Shown here one piece after another: positions 35,531-48,168 of a DNA stretch of 64,000 bases (position 1 is its first letter; every line of letters begins with the position of its first letter). The position numbers were made by a program, and so were the translations under genes. The DNA comes from Oculina patagonica (taxonomy: Eukaryota). The stretch covers positions 558,001 to 622,000 of the forward strand of contig NC_135770.1 in assembly GCF_052425735.1 (NCBI RefSeq), in the 5' to 3' direction. The notes beneath the pieces are model-generated. The model was not told where the DNA came from. It ran no database searches and saw only the letters and a list, made by a program, of their open reading frames with translations.

Positions 35531-38500
35531 ATGAAGATGCCTTTTTTCGGGAAGTATTTCTTAAAGAAGAAAGGAAAGGGACTGAAAGAAAAGCTACAAG
35601 GAAAATACAGAAAGCGCGAAAACACGACTGAAATTCTTGAAGGTACGTAACCAAATCCGCTCTTGTCGCTCTTAGGCGGTGATTTTGTTTGCTGGAAGTT
35701 TTATCCTTGTTATTGGGAAGAATCGTCTCCGTAGGTTGCGTAGGATACACAAGAAGCCTTGGAGGTATTTCTGTTGCCCTTTTCGCACCTTTTTAGCCAT
35801 GTGTATGGGGTACTTTGTATCTCGTTGTAAAAGTAAACTGCCGGAGGCAATGCGACCATATAATTCAGATTCAAGTGTATAACATACTCCAAATTGTTGT
35901 TTCAAGAAAATATTGATGAACTTCCCTTGTTTACATCAAAAGATAGCGATCAAATTAAAGTTAAGCTGGTACAAGTGTGTTTCATATTGCAGATTTTTCA
36001 TTACAGGAATCTGTTTTCCGACAAACTATTAAGGACGTTAAGCTTTATAATCCACACGCCCGTAATGAGATTTTTTCAAAAGAAAGATTGATTTATTACG
36101 CTGTCATGACTTCATTGAATTCTTTGAATAGTACAGTATTTTCCTTTCATCTGTTAAATTATCACTGCTTCACAATAAATTATTGCATTAACAGTAAACA
36201 CTGAAAATGTTTCATTTCATGATAAAGTCAGTTCTAAAATGGTCTACTTAGTCAATATTTTTTCTTGTTAATGATAATTTCTAAAACCACAACACTTAAT
36301 AACTTTCATACCATACATTTGACAACCCATCATTCTGCCGTGGGCGGCCTGTCAAGAATTCTAGATGAACTACAAAACCTTAGCATTATATTAATTTATC
36401 CAATTTTAGGTTTATGGGAAAAAATTGATAGCATTCCAGGCAAAAAAGGGAAAGTTCATTCTCAGTTCACGCCAATTTGAAAAATTAAAGTGGCATGTCA
36501 TTATTATGGGTCCGAAGTATGGTGTACTGTCGAGTTATGAAGTAAATAAAACACCTCAGGCTTGAAACAACAACAAAACTTTATAGCGAGTTAGCATGAA
36601 ACCGTTCTACAAAATATCTCCTGGTGTCACGTGGCCGAGCTAGTCACGTGACTAGTTGATCACGATTATGGTCACGCTGTCACGTCACATGTACCCTGTG
36701 TCCTTTCCCCTACCTCAACCCTTGCGAGATACACAATGTAGTAAAAATCTACGCTACAATCAGACCAAATCTTGATATGTTTAACACAGAAAAGTTCTTT
36801 GATTGACAGATTTTTAAGTCCACATTAAATTTCACCCAATATACTGATATTTCATGAATAATTATTGTAAAGCAGTTTTTGGTTTTAAATTAAAATTGCA
36901 GCTCTTTAAAAATAACATAACTGTACAGTAATTCAATTGCATTTTTGGTTGTTATCCTATTTTCTGCAACTGGATTTTTTGAAACTGATTCTTAAATATT
37001 TATAATATTTTTTTTTCCAAGAACGTTTGAAGAGATGCACTTCCACACCTTGTATTCAAGCAGTACTTTCTGAGGCAGAAATTGCAGAGTCATACATTGT
37101 GGACTGTCCTAGCACTGAAAATGCCGGGATTTTAATGGTTACTCATGATAATAATCCAAACAGGACACATGGCGCTCATCAGTATTTCGAACTGGCGGAT
37201 GCTAGTGACAGAGTCTCGCAGTCCAGCTATGAAAATAGCAGACACGATAACATGAATGACATTTTAGAGGCTGTTCAAAGGCTTCGGTTGAATGAGTCAT
37301 GTCAGTCTTGTTCCACAAGCCAGACACCCCAAGAGGTAGGAAAAGTTGGTTATCGACACCCGCCACCTTATCCTGAACAAGTGGAACAAACTGTGTCTAG
37401 CCCTTTGGACAAATATCGGCATCCACCGCCCTACAGAGAGCCTGAAGATACCATGTCCAGCTTTGATGGGTCGAGTTTTTATGCACACAGAGGAAACATG
37501 GGTAATGATTACAGCTCGTTTTATAACCTTGAGGAATTGAACTACAGACATCCTCCATCTTATGGTCATTTTAGGGCTGTTCCTGGGTCTTCAGGTGATA
37601 CCTTCTCACTGGACAGCAGAGTAGCTAATGGACCTCAGAATCACAAAGTGATCAAGAAAGTGATGAGCGACTCCAATTTGAACCCTAATGGGTATAACTA
37701 CGCACAGCGCGCACCAGCAAAGAACACATCAGATGTCTATGGAAACAAAGTACTTTATAATGCATATGGCACCAAACCGTTTTCCAGTGTGCAGGATTCA
37801 TTTAGTTATGATATGTCATATGGCGATCCTTATACTTCGGAAGCTGGTTCACGCAAGTTTGGTTTCTACCCAGGCCAGGGTACATCGACAAACAACCTGT
37901 TTAGCGAAAATGGAAGTGACGTGCTTACTTCTTATGCTGACAGCCCTTCCCCTCCCAATTCAGGTGGAAGCCAGTCGGGTCACAATCTACAGGCACAATC
38001 TATGGCGAAATCACAAGGGTCAGTTGCTATGCAACAGGGAGGTTTTGGTGATCAGAAGTTCTTTCCTTCTGGCAACATGAATGAGAAAAGGAATCTAGGT
38101 ATGTGCATTGAGATAATGATACAATTCAATGAAATATTTTATTTAGCATGAAGTTAATCTATTCAGTATATAGGAAAGATGAATGTTTATTCGTGTCTCA
38201 TGATGGAATCACATTGAGGTGTTGACTATGATGTTTTGACTGCCATACTGAAGTCTTCATCAGGTGATGAGGTCGATTGTTTACACATTGCTATCACAGG
38301 GCCTTAGCCGCTTTGAGGCAAACTAAGGCACTTGCTTCAGTCATTTTTTCATTGTTGTTGTTGTTGTTTTTGTTTTTTTGATGGGGGAAAGTAAATACCC
38401 CCGGTACCTAGGAAAAGAATTTAACCATGGACATTTCCTGAGTCATAATTTTTTCTGCATACGGGCCTATGTCAACAACAACAATGTTGTGATCAACATC

Positions 38501-41453
38501 ATCCATCATGAGACAAACGAAAAAACAACCGTCTTTCCTATCTTACACCACAATGAACGGTAAACAAATCTTAATGCATTTTGAGCTGCAAATGGCAAGT
38601 GTACGTATACTTGGACCAAACTTTCTATATTTGCTCAGTTTGTAATATTATTGATGTGTTTTTTTTTGATAGTGTTCAATGGCAGTCAGCTGAACCAACT
38701 GGATCTCTCTCTTCCTCCTGGGTTTGAAGTGGCCTGGACTCCTGATGGGAGGAAATATTATATAGAGTAAGTTGACAGAGCTTTAATATTGACTGGTTAC
38801 ATTATTAATACATACCAAGTGGCAATTTGATATTGTTTTCATACTTAATTTAATGCCAGCAAAAATATGTTATATGGGTTGGCTTTTCTTATCGCAGCTG
38901 AAACTGATGAAAGGAAAGAGGACGGTGCAGGATTATGTACACTTTCTCTTAGTCAGTCGGGGGAACAAGTGCCAGTTGATGGCGACATCACTTCTCCAAG
39001 AAGTGACTGAGCCTGCGATTTTTGTCCCAGAAGTTGCTAAGTGACATGACATATTTTTACATGCCACAGCTTTTGGAGCTTGTGAGTGCTTGGGCTGGTT
39101 TTTGATTGGATAAAATAATTCGGAAATTCTTCTAGTGCTTCAACGAAGATTTGCCAAAACTAGCAGTTATTCCCTTAACTGTAGTCGTTTTTCAGTTGTA
39201 AATAAGTTATTTTTTTATAACGGTAGTTACTAAAACTCGACTCGTCTCTGTTTCAGTCACAACACAGAATCAACAGACTGGTGCCATCCTCTTGAGAAAG
39301 CAGGTACTATACAGCATACATACTGACAAACATTAGTAAAATTGCAATCCCAGACATGCCGTAATGTAAACAGACAATCTCTGGATCAACCATTAACAGT
39401 AATTCCCAGCAGTGGTCAGTCTGTTGGACATGATCGAAACACAATGAGAGCCCTGGACAAAGATGTGGGACCACAATTTTTCTCTCCAGTCAGAAGTAAA
39501 AGTGCAAAAGAGCAAGCTAGACTGCAACAATTATTTGACCTTGAAACAAACAGATTTCAAATGTTCAAATTTATTTTCCTTTCAGGCCTACCAGATGGCT
39601 GGGAGAAAATTGAATCTCCAAACTTTGGCGTTTACTATGTCAAGTATGTAACACAACATTACCAGTATATCGTTATTAAAAAGTAAATATGTGGCTAAAA
39701 CAGAGAAAAACACATTTTTGTTACCAACTGACAAAATGTAGAGTTTGTGATGGCAAGGACCTAATGGTAAGTGCAGGGACGGCGGAGCAATTTTCCAAGT
39801 GGGGGGGCTTAAAAGACTTTTCTCTTAGTAAGTCTTTATTTTTTTGGAAATTCTGGGGGGGGGGGGGTGGCTAAAGCCCCCCAGCCCCACCCCCGGCTCT
39901 GCCGTGCCTGTAGTGCAATGGATTTGTCAAAGTTCAAGCCATGACTGAGTTCCCTATATAATTTGCAAGTGATCTTGGGCAAGACACTTTACTCTTACAG
40001 TTCCTCTTTTTGCCCACAACTATTAATGAGAACTGGTGAATTGTTGGGCAATCTCACAAAATGATGATGGAAGGGGAGAGAATACCCTCATCCTCTTCGT
40101 GCTACAATAACCAGACCTATGCATCCAAAGTTTTAAATACTTACTAACTGTACATTAGTAAGAGCAGTTTTCAATTGAGTGTCGTAAAACCAAAACCAAA
40201 GTAATTACTCCGGCCAATCACAAAAGACACAGACAATCCAGTGAACCAATCAAAACTAGAAGCAAATACATGTAGCCGGCACGAAGCGCGGGAAAAACGT
40301 GCGCGAGCGAATCACGATTGGTTTTGGTTTTAGTTCTGATTTGCTGAGAAAGTGGCACGAGATTTTTAAGCCAATCACTGAGCGTAGTAATGCAAAACCA
40401 AAGCAAACGCAATTTACTTTCGACACTCAAGTGAAAACCGCTCTAACAGTGCCTGTACACTCTGATGATGACTTTTTTATTTATCTCAGTCATAACTTAA
40501 AGGTGACGCAGTATGAACATCCAGCCAAAACTCAGTTCATCCAGCAGCAACATCAACAAGAGATGAGAGCGTCAGATAGTGGGCGTCAGGAATCACAGGC
40601 CATCCCAGCACAGAATCCTTTGGTGCCAGCCAATCCATACATTACTGAAGGTATGCTAAATGCAGATTTTTTTTGTGGGGAAGAGCAAAACAGCAAGGAT
40701 ATCTCTTTTCCCAACTTTTTTGATTTTTTCCAGAGTAGAGGGCTCATTAATCAGCTAGGCATTATGCAGTTTTATAGTTCAGGAAGTGAACTGCCGAAGG
40801 AATATGAGAATAAGGAAAATCTGCAACTAAAATGATCTTGTTTGATGATTTAACGCCAAACTGTCACTTTTTTAAAATAATTTATTAACAGTTAGTAGGG
40901 AAGATTTTAAGTTTTGAACTAAAATAGTTTTTTCCCTACTTAATTGTAAAATACGAAAGCAGATAGGAAGACTTCAGCACACAAATAAAGATGGCTGTTT
41001 TCTAAAGCTAACTGTCCTTATACTTGTTTTGCCTTGTTTTCTTCAGAAATACCAGAATGGCTTCAAGTTTATGCCAAGGCCAGCCCAGAGTATGACTGTT
41101 TCCTAAAGGTAAAATCATACATTACATTTATGGATGCGCACACGTGAGCTGCTTATATTTCCCAAGTATGCACGCTATACGTGCCTACCCTACAAACTAA
41201 TTAGGAGTTTCTTTGTTTGTCGTTTTAGTGGGACTTATTTCGTTACGCCGAGTTGGATTGTTGGCAGTCAATGCTCAAACGACTGTACAAAAAAGAAGTG
41301 GAGCAAGTCGTGATGCGACATGAGGAGTACAGACAAGCCTTGCAGAGGGAATTTGAGCAAAAACAGAAGCTGCAACAAGAAGAGGAGCAGAGATTGAGCA
41401 ACCAAGCTCTGGCAGACCTAGACGAGTTAGATAAAGAACTTGCTAAGTACTAA
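35531..41453 (+). CDS. SAV1: Protein salvador homolog (Hippo pathway), 8 coding exons
   Basis: Exons ~35531-35642, 37022-38098, 38673-38766, 39257-39303, 39586-39643, 40490-40650, 41047-41108, 41229-41453. N-terminal QGKYRKRE, two WW domains ([21 protein letters not shown]...WCHP; LPDGWEKIES...YYVNH...YEHP), VPANPY...EIPEWLQVYA, and a C-terminal SARAH helix (LDCWQSMLKRLYKKEVEQVVMRHEEYRQAL). Confidence 0.93.
40162..40443. mobile_element. MITE family A (copy 2), SAV1 intron
   Basis: Colinear with and highly similar to 8370-8650, same TIRs. A degenerate reverse copy lies at ~51065-51268. Confidence 0.85.
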
Positions 41454-41611
41454 CTCATTCACGGAGCAGTAGATGGTGGCAGTGAAACCCTTATGGTAGC
41501 AAAGTTGTTTTCGATAAAAAATCTTTAAAGTATTCCGCTCACAGAGCTCTCTGATTGGTTAAGAAAGTCTAAAACATATGCTCTGGCCAATAAGAACAAT
41601 CACACTCACGG

Positions 41612-42200
41612 GTTTTCCCGCGCTTGGTTCTCGTTACATGTTTTCCCGCGCTTGGTTCTCGTTACATGTTTCCCGCGCTTGGTTCCCGTTACATGTTTTC
41701 CCGCGCTTGGTTCCCGTTTCAGGTTTTCCCGCGTTCGGTTCCCGTAACATGTTTTCCCGCGCTTGGTTCCTGTTACATGTTTTCCCGCGCTTGGTGTCTG
41801 TTACATGTTTTCCCGTGCTTGGTTCTCGTTACATGTTTTCCCGCGCTTGGTGTCTGTTACATGTTTTCCCGCGCTTGGTTCTTGTTACATGTTTTCCCGC
41901 GCTTGGTTCTCGTTACATGTTTTCCCGCGCTTGGTTCCCGTTTCATGTTTTCCCGCGTTCGGTTCCCGTTACATGTTTTCCCGCGCTTGGTGTCTGTTAC
42001 ATGTTTTCCCGCGCTTGGTGTCTGTTACATGTTTTCCCGCGCTTGGTTCTCGTTACATGTTTTCCCGCGCTTGGTTCCCGTTTCATGTTTTCCTGCGTTC
42101 GGTTCCCGTTACATGTTTTCCCGCGCTTGGTTCCCGTTACATGTTTTCCCGTGCTTGGTGTCTGTTACATGTTTTCCCGCGCTTGGTACCGGTTCCACGT
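41612..42200. repeat. 28-bp tandem repeat (~21 units) GTTTTCCCGCGCTTGGTTCYCGTTACAT
   Basis: Periodicity is directly visible; sub-variants TTCTC, TTCCC and TGTCT recur. Confidence 0.95.
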
Positions 42201-43327
42201 TTTTGTTTCGTTTTCTGATTGGTTCATTACACTATTTGTGTTTGTTGTTATAGGCCAGAATGACTATCGCTTTTGGTCATTTGTCAGTCAAAACCAATGA
42301 AAACAAAATTGTATTTTAAAACATTTCTCCGACACACTTACAGACAGGGGAAACAAGGGCCGTTTTGGGAAATCCGGAAGTCAAAAATAGTGCAGGCACT
42401 AAAGAGCACTCCGGAAGTCATGTCATCATGGCGCGGTCAGTTGCTTAGCAACTTCGAATCGAACACTGCGGGCTCAGTCTTGTCTCGAAGACCGGAATTT
42501 GCCTTCAACTGGTATTTTTGTCCCCCTTAATGATTACGAGAGTGAGGAGAAATGAGAGAGAAAATCAGTCCCAAAAAGTATTGTTACAACTTGACATAAA
42601 CGAATGCGGCAAAAAAAGCTTACATTGTTTTGTTTTGTATGTTAAAAAGTGACTCGATCCGTCGTTTTTCTCACATTCTAGATCTGTGGCCCAGGCTTTT
42701 GGATATTATTTGACCGTTGCCTGCGTAAGGACACAGGGCTTTCAGACCCGATATTTATAAGTAATTATATATAGATTATTCATATGACTCAGATGGTCGC
42801 TAAACGTAAATCCCAAAGAAATTAATGTTTAGATGTAATGGAACGTAAAACAGACCTAACGTGTACGTATTATTGTGATATTTTTATAGGATGTTTTCTT
42901 AATGATTTAATTATATTAAGAAGATACCCTAAGTTGGGTATCTCTTTGGAAGTTTGTAGTATATTGAATTAAATTGGTAAATCAGTTATAGTTGTAAGAA
43001 TACCTGTGAATTTGTACAATCTTTTTCGCAGTAAAGTAAATAAAAAAGTACTGTTGTAAATCTGTCTCTTTATCCTCGCTTGCAAATTGCATGTCTGCAA
43101 CGCGCAAATTTGGAAGAAAAGGAAAAGAAACAGCATGCTTGTACTTGTATTGAAAGCAAGGTAGATACGAAGCGTACCGAAAGTCGTAGGTTGTTAAGAT
43201 GATCACTTAGCAAAGTCGGTAATGTTTGAATCATTATTTTTCTTTGGCCCGTGTGATCCCCAACTGTACTAAATTTCTACGCTTTTATGAAACTACTTTG
43301 TTATTTTTAGCACTGAAAATAGTATAA

Positions 43328-43846
43328 CCGTATTTACTCGAATAAGCGCTGCGGCGCTTATTAAATTTTTCGCCCCTCAAGTGTGGTGTTTATTCGAGGG
43401 CGGCGTTTATTTAAAATTTGGACGCCACAAAGAATTTAAACTTTTCCAGTAATTGAAAATAGTGTCTTCTGATTGTCAGTATTCGTCTTTTGCTGAATAG
43501 AGAAGTGTCGCTAGCTGTCCTGGCAAATTAAAGTTCGCGGCCTTAGCTTCACAACATTTACAGAACTACGTATTGTAAGAATGTTGGATAGAAAACTAAT
43601 GGGCGAGCGGTAAAATAATCACTTTGAACTGCAAAACATCGCTTTTGATGGAACAAATGTCCAAGTTTGTTTTAGAGTTGCTTTGTAGTGCTGTTTTTAG
43701 TTTAACGGAATTCCTCGAATAAGCGCTGCATCGGAACTAAGGCGCTTATTGGGGGAAGGGGGGGGGGGGCGCTTATTAACTCCTTTGTCCCAAATGCAGC
43801 GCTTTTTCGGGGGGCGGCGCTTTTTCGAGTAATTCGAGTAATACGG
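43328..43846. mobile_element. Tc1/pogo-like MITE (CCGTA termini)
   Basis: CCGTATTTACTCGAATAAGCGC...TTCGAGTAATACGG-TA with internal GCGGCGCTTATT repeats. A relic relative lies at ~25135-25410. Confidence 0.7.
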
Positions 43847-43968
43847 TACTTGTAGTCTACACTGAGTATTCTGATACCTTTTGGGGTTCGTTATATCGAG
43901 GTTCCACTGTAGAATGTTTGTCACTGCTTTGCTGACTGCATGCTCCGTGAACTCAGTGAAACCAGAAT

Positions 43969-43969
43969 C

Positions 43970-44022
<53 letters not shown>

Positions 44023-44090
44023 CTTTATTAACGTGTCAAATCTGTAGTAGCTGAGGGGAAAAGTCCCCTCTACTAATTGTGGACACCTAA
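43969..44090 (-). repeat. (AAT)n microsatellite, probably a LINE 3' tail
   Basis: About 16 AAT units followed by AACTTTATT... as at the other LINE tails here. Confidence 0.6.
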
Positions 44091-44412
44091 CCTGCCTAAC
44101 TAAAAAAACGTAAATAGAAAATATTTATATACATTAAAAAAAAACTAACCTTGGTTACTCAGTGCAATCGGGGTTATCCATTTATGACAAATCTTTGTAA
44201 GCGTATTCGGAAAGTTTCCGAATTCCATCATCCAATCAAAAACTAGTGCGAGTGATCACAAGTACTCCTGGCGTGTGGGTTTCGTGTGGTTACGGGATCG
44301 CTTGACGATCATTCGGGATTTCCCGACTCGATCATTTCAAGGACGTTCTTTCTGCTGCGCTGGGATGTTTTATTCATGATCTTGAGTGGAAGTTTTAAAA
44401 CGTCTCCGCGAT

Positions 44413-45462
44413 ATGAATTTCTTTACCAATCCTTATAGAATTTTGCCGATTATAGTTTGCAGTTATATATTAAGCTTACTTTGGTGTAGATTTACCAAGT
44501 TGAAAATTACCGCACAGACTGGCCATTTCACGCAAGAAAAACAATTTGGGATTATTCCAGGCAGTGATCTTTTGGACATTGATTTTTACGTTCATCCGAA
44601 CGACTCTTCTGTTGTAGGAGTTAAATTTCACATGGATGAAGAAGCTCGCAACCTTGCTAAAGAACTTATTCAAGAACTGGAGGATTCCTTCAAGAAAAAC
44701 CCCGTAAATACGACTTCCATTGCTTCGCTTCCAAAAATTGCGCTAGCTACTGGCGCGTCAAGCAATCATTTTGATGAACTGCTAGCACACATCGACAAAG
44801 TACCTGTAGTTTTTCCAAACAGAACGCTCATTGTGTATGACTTGGGCCTCAACGAAACAGAAATCAAAACGCTTCGAGAAATAAATTTTGTGGAGTATAG
44901 AAAATTTAATTTTACCCGGTACCCGAAGCACGTGAAAGACCTGCATACGTACGCGTGGAAACCATTGATACTTCAACAATTACTTTGCCAATATGGCGGT
45001 GCAATGTGGATGGATTCGTCGATTGTTTTGACTCGGAATATCACTTATTTACTACAGCGAATGGTGAGGCTACAAACAGGGTTTTTGTTTTATCTTCCTG
45101 GCGCGGGTCACTCAATTGCATCTGCAACTCACCCGCAAATGTTACAATATCTACCAATGGCTGATCTAGAGGTTATGACAGAAGAAATGAACCAGGGCGG
45201 AGGAACAATAGTTTTAAACACGCCACAAGTTCGCAGAGATATTTTCAGATGGGCGCTTGTTTGCGCACTTCACAGGGAGTGTATAACGCCATCAGGATCT
45301 AAGCTTTACTGTGATTTCAAATTTCCAAAAGATCAGTTTGGAGGTTGCCATCGTTACGACCAAGCTATGCTCTCGATAATTGTAGCAAATGCGAACAACT
45401 ACAAGAAAGAAATGTATCTATTGAAGAAAAATGAATATCCTTGTGAAATCCAGAAGATGTAG
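44413..45462 (+). CDS. DUF1647-family glycosyltransferase-like type II membrane protein, intronless
   Basis: N-terminal TM anchor, then motifs ATGASSNHFDE, VYDLGL, YAWKPLI, WMDSSI and CHRYDQAMLSI. First ATG at 44413. Confidence 0.8.
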   Translation: MNFFTNPYRILPIIVCSYILSLLWCRFTKLKITAQTGHFTQEKQFGIIPGSDLLDIDFYVHPNDSSVVGVKFHMDEEARNLAKELIQELEDSFKKNPVNTTSIASLPKIALATGASSNHFDELLAHIDKVPVVFPNRTLIVYDLGLNETEIKTLREINFVEYRKFNFTRYPKHVKDLHTYAWKPLILQQLLCQYGGAMWMDSSIVLTRNITYLLQRMVRLQTGFLFYLPGAGHSIASATHPQMLQYLPMADLEVMTEEMNQGGGTIVLNTPQVRRDIFRWALVCALHRECITPSGSKLYCDFKFPKDQFGGCHRYDQAMLSIIVANANNYKKEMYLLKKNEYPCEIQKM

Positions 45463-46167
45463 TTACAAATTATTTTTCTCGGTTGCAGGCTTAAAGAATT
45501 TGTATCAAGAAAACATAAAACACTCGTGGTCTCGTATATTTTATTGTTGACTGATTTTTATTAAAAATTCATGTTTGCTATTTATCTGCATTTTGCAGGT
45601 TGTGGGCAGGTTAAGCCTGGTTGTTATACTATTCAAAACCAGTAAACTCTACCCCCTTAATTGCTAGAGTCAAAACTTTTGTCTATGGTTGACATACACG
45701 AACTCCACAAAACACGTGCAATTAAATCACTCTGTTAAATACAAAACTGTTTAACTAGGTGTTTTTATATTTATTGGCAAGCCTTATCACGCATTAACCT
45801 TTTCTCCGTGCAAATCTTCTTATAAGGTCTCTTTACTTTGCAAACTTTAAAACCGCAATAAAATCTCACACTTAAAACATCAATGGTCCGGCCGTAGATT
45901 GGCAATCTTGCTAATTTTATATCGCACATTCTTGGCGCCCATTTTTACGACTTTTTCATGACAAAGTCACGTCAGCGATCTGCCATGTCTGCGTGAGAGC
46001 GTAAAACGCAAGGCCCTTTCACTGTTCGCGGCGCTTGTTCAAATCCCCCGCATAAGAGAAGGCCGCATTTATATTTAGCTGGCGCTCTCTCTTGGAACTT
46101 AGAGAAAAGAAAGGGTCTGTGAACAGACTGGAACATTTCTTCGTTGTTTCCAAGGGCACGGGTTCTT

Positions 46168-46381
46168 AAGGCGCATTCCATTTGTCAAAACTGGCTGACC
46201 AGATCAGTATATTCGAGACCAAAATTCCGTTGTTAGTCAGATTTTTCTTGTCAAATCAGTCAAAACATAAATATTATAAATTGATATGGTAGATTTGTGG
46301 ACAAATCTCGTGGAAATGGCCCATTTCAAATTCAAAACCACCGGACCGGCCAGCCAGTTCTGACAAATGAAAAGAGCCCTA
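46168..46381. mobile_element. PIF/Harbinger-like MITE upstream of TEX30
   Basis: Imperfect TIR AGGCGCATTCCATTTGTCAAAACTGGCTG / CAGCCAGTTCTGACAAATGAAAAGAGCCCT. Confidence 0.6.
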
Positions 46382-46497
46382 GCGCCCTTAGTTCTGAGAC
46401 AAGGCCTGAATAACCGCGAGAATTTTTTAGGAGATTGGGTACAACTGCTCCGGCTCACTAGAGACCAGTCCTTTTCGCGTGCATAGCAACATCAAAC

Positions 46498-48135
46498 ATG
46501 GCGCGGAAGGTACGTAAACTTCTTTCAGGTCTTTCTCAACTGAATTCGAGCACTGATCACTCGAATATTTTGCTCAATCAGGTTTCAGTGAAAATTCCAG
46601 TTGAAGATCGTGAACTGGACGGCGTGTTTAACTTTCCTTGTGATTCTTCGTGGAATGGTTGTGCTGTGGTCCTGACGCATGGCGCGGGAGGCGACATGAA
46701 CTATCTTCATTTGGAGAAACTGGCTGCTCATCTAGCTAGTACAGGAATACTGTGCTTGAGATTCACGTGTAGAACAAGGAACTTCCAGTACAGAACAGAA
46801 TGTTTCACTGCGGTTGTGGTGAGTTATCTGTAGAATTCTTATCTTCGATTGTGGTAATTAGTATGGTGGGTTTAGGCTTTGTATCATAATTACACAAATG
46901 ATTTAGGAATGTCACATTTGTTTACACTTGTTACAAGTTCGTTAACTTAACCCCGGAAAACTGTATTCGCCTGTTAGCGACTAGTGCATTCTTTTGTAAA
47001 CCAGGAGATGAAGGCTTGAGCCCTGATATTTCTTGGCATGAACACGAAATTTTTGATTTTCACAGCGCCTCTAAAGGAATTTTGCCATTGGAATTTTTGC
47101 TGCAGATATGTTCTGTGGTTATCAAAACTCTTAACCTATTTGAGACTAAAACAGAATAATTATTTTGCAGCGAAAGATTTACATCTTAGAAGGGGGTTGG
47201 GTTGGGTAGGGGGGGGGGTTGTAGGGGTAAGTGGAAAAAGGTAGGGGTCCAGAATAAAAAATAACTAGTGAGTGAATTTTACTTGGCTTTGGGTGGTTGT
47301 GCAATGCATATACCTAGATTCTGGCCAAACCTTCAAAAGTATTTTTATTGAAGAGTATACATCATCTTCTGGTATAAAACAGACTGAGTAGGATTGGATT
47401 TATTTTTTAAATGTGTGGTTCCAGAAAATATCCATACCCCCACCACGGAGGGAATTTCACGTAAGACCCCCCACCTCTCTGGAATTTCCATTTTTGTTAA
47501 GAAAAATAATCCCCCCAGCCCTCTGGAATTTCCAAAAGTATATTGCATACCCCCCCAGCCCCTCTGGAAAAAAAAGATAAATTGTACAATGCTCTAAATT
47601 TTAGGCCACCGTTCTTGTAAACAGTTATAGTGTATAACTGATCGATCAGAAGATATGTTAAAACAATACATACATGTACTGTTGAAGAGAAAATGCAGAA
47701 ATTTCCTCAAAAGTAAACAGACAAAATATCTGGTATAAAATATCTGGTAGTCACTTGTCAAATTACCTTGTTGATTATTTGTATAGTGCAGATGCAGTAG
47801 TTTGGTTAAAAATCATGAAAAGCACAAATTTCCATTGATTCCAGGAATTCCTGAGAGATTTTGAAGAATTTCCAGTCAGGATGTGTATCATAGCAGGTAC
47901 ATAAGAAATATAATTATAAATTATATTGTAACATAGCTAGGAGAGCCGCACAGTCAAATTCAGTACATGTAAGCATGCACCATAAACTTTTTAATAGTGC
48001 ACACTAAATTACAGCATGAGCAAAAAGCTTCACAGAATTTTTTCTTGTACAAGTTTAAACCGCCGACCGGTTAGCTCAGTTGGTAGAGCGACGGACTACA
48101 GTGCGGGAGGTCTCGGGTTCGAGTCCCAGACCGGA

Positions 48136-48168
<33 letters not shown>

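Noticed and set aside
36008-36040. Extra SAV1 exon (RNLFSDKLLR)
   Set aside because: Phase is incompatible with exon 1 (it would give a stop); exon 1 splices in frame to 37022.
41578-42300. Long overlapping ORFs (240, 209 and 151 aa) and a CRISPR-like periodicity
   Set aside because: Artefacts of a stop-free 28-bp tandem repeat; no unique spacers, no cas genes, eukaryotic context.
48062-48140. tRNA gene
   Set aside because: A and B boxes are present, but it runs directly into a SINE body and tail, so it is a SINE head. The same applies to 23108.
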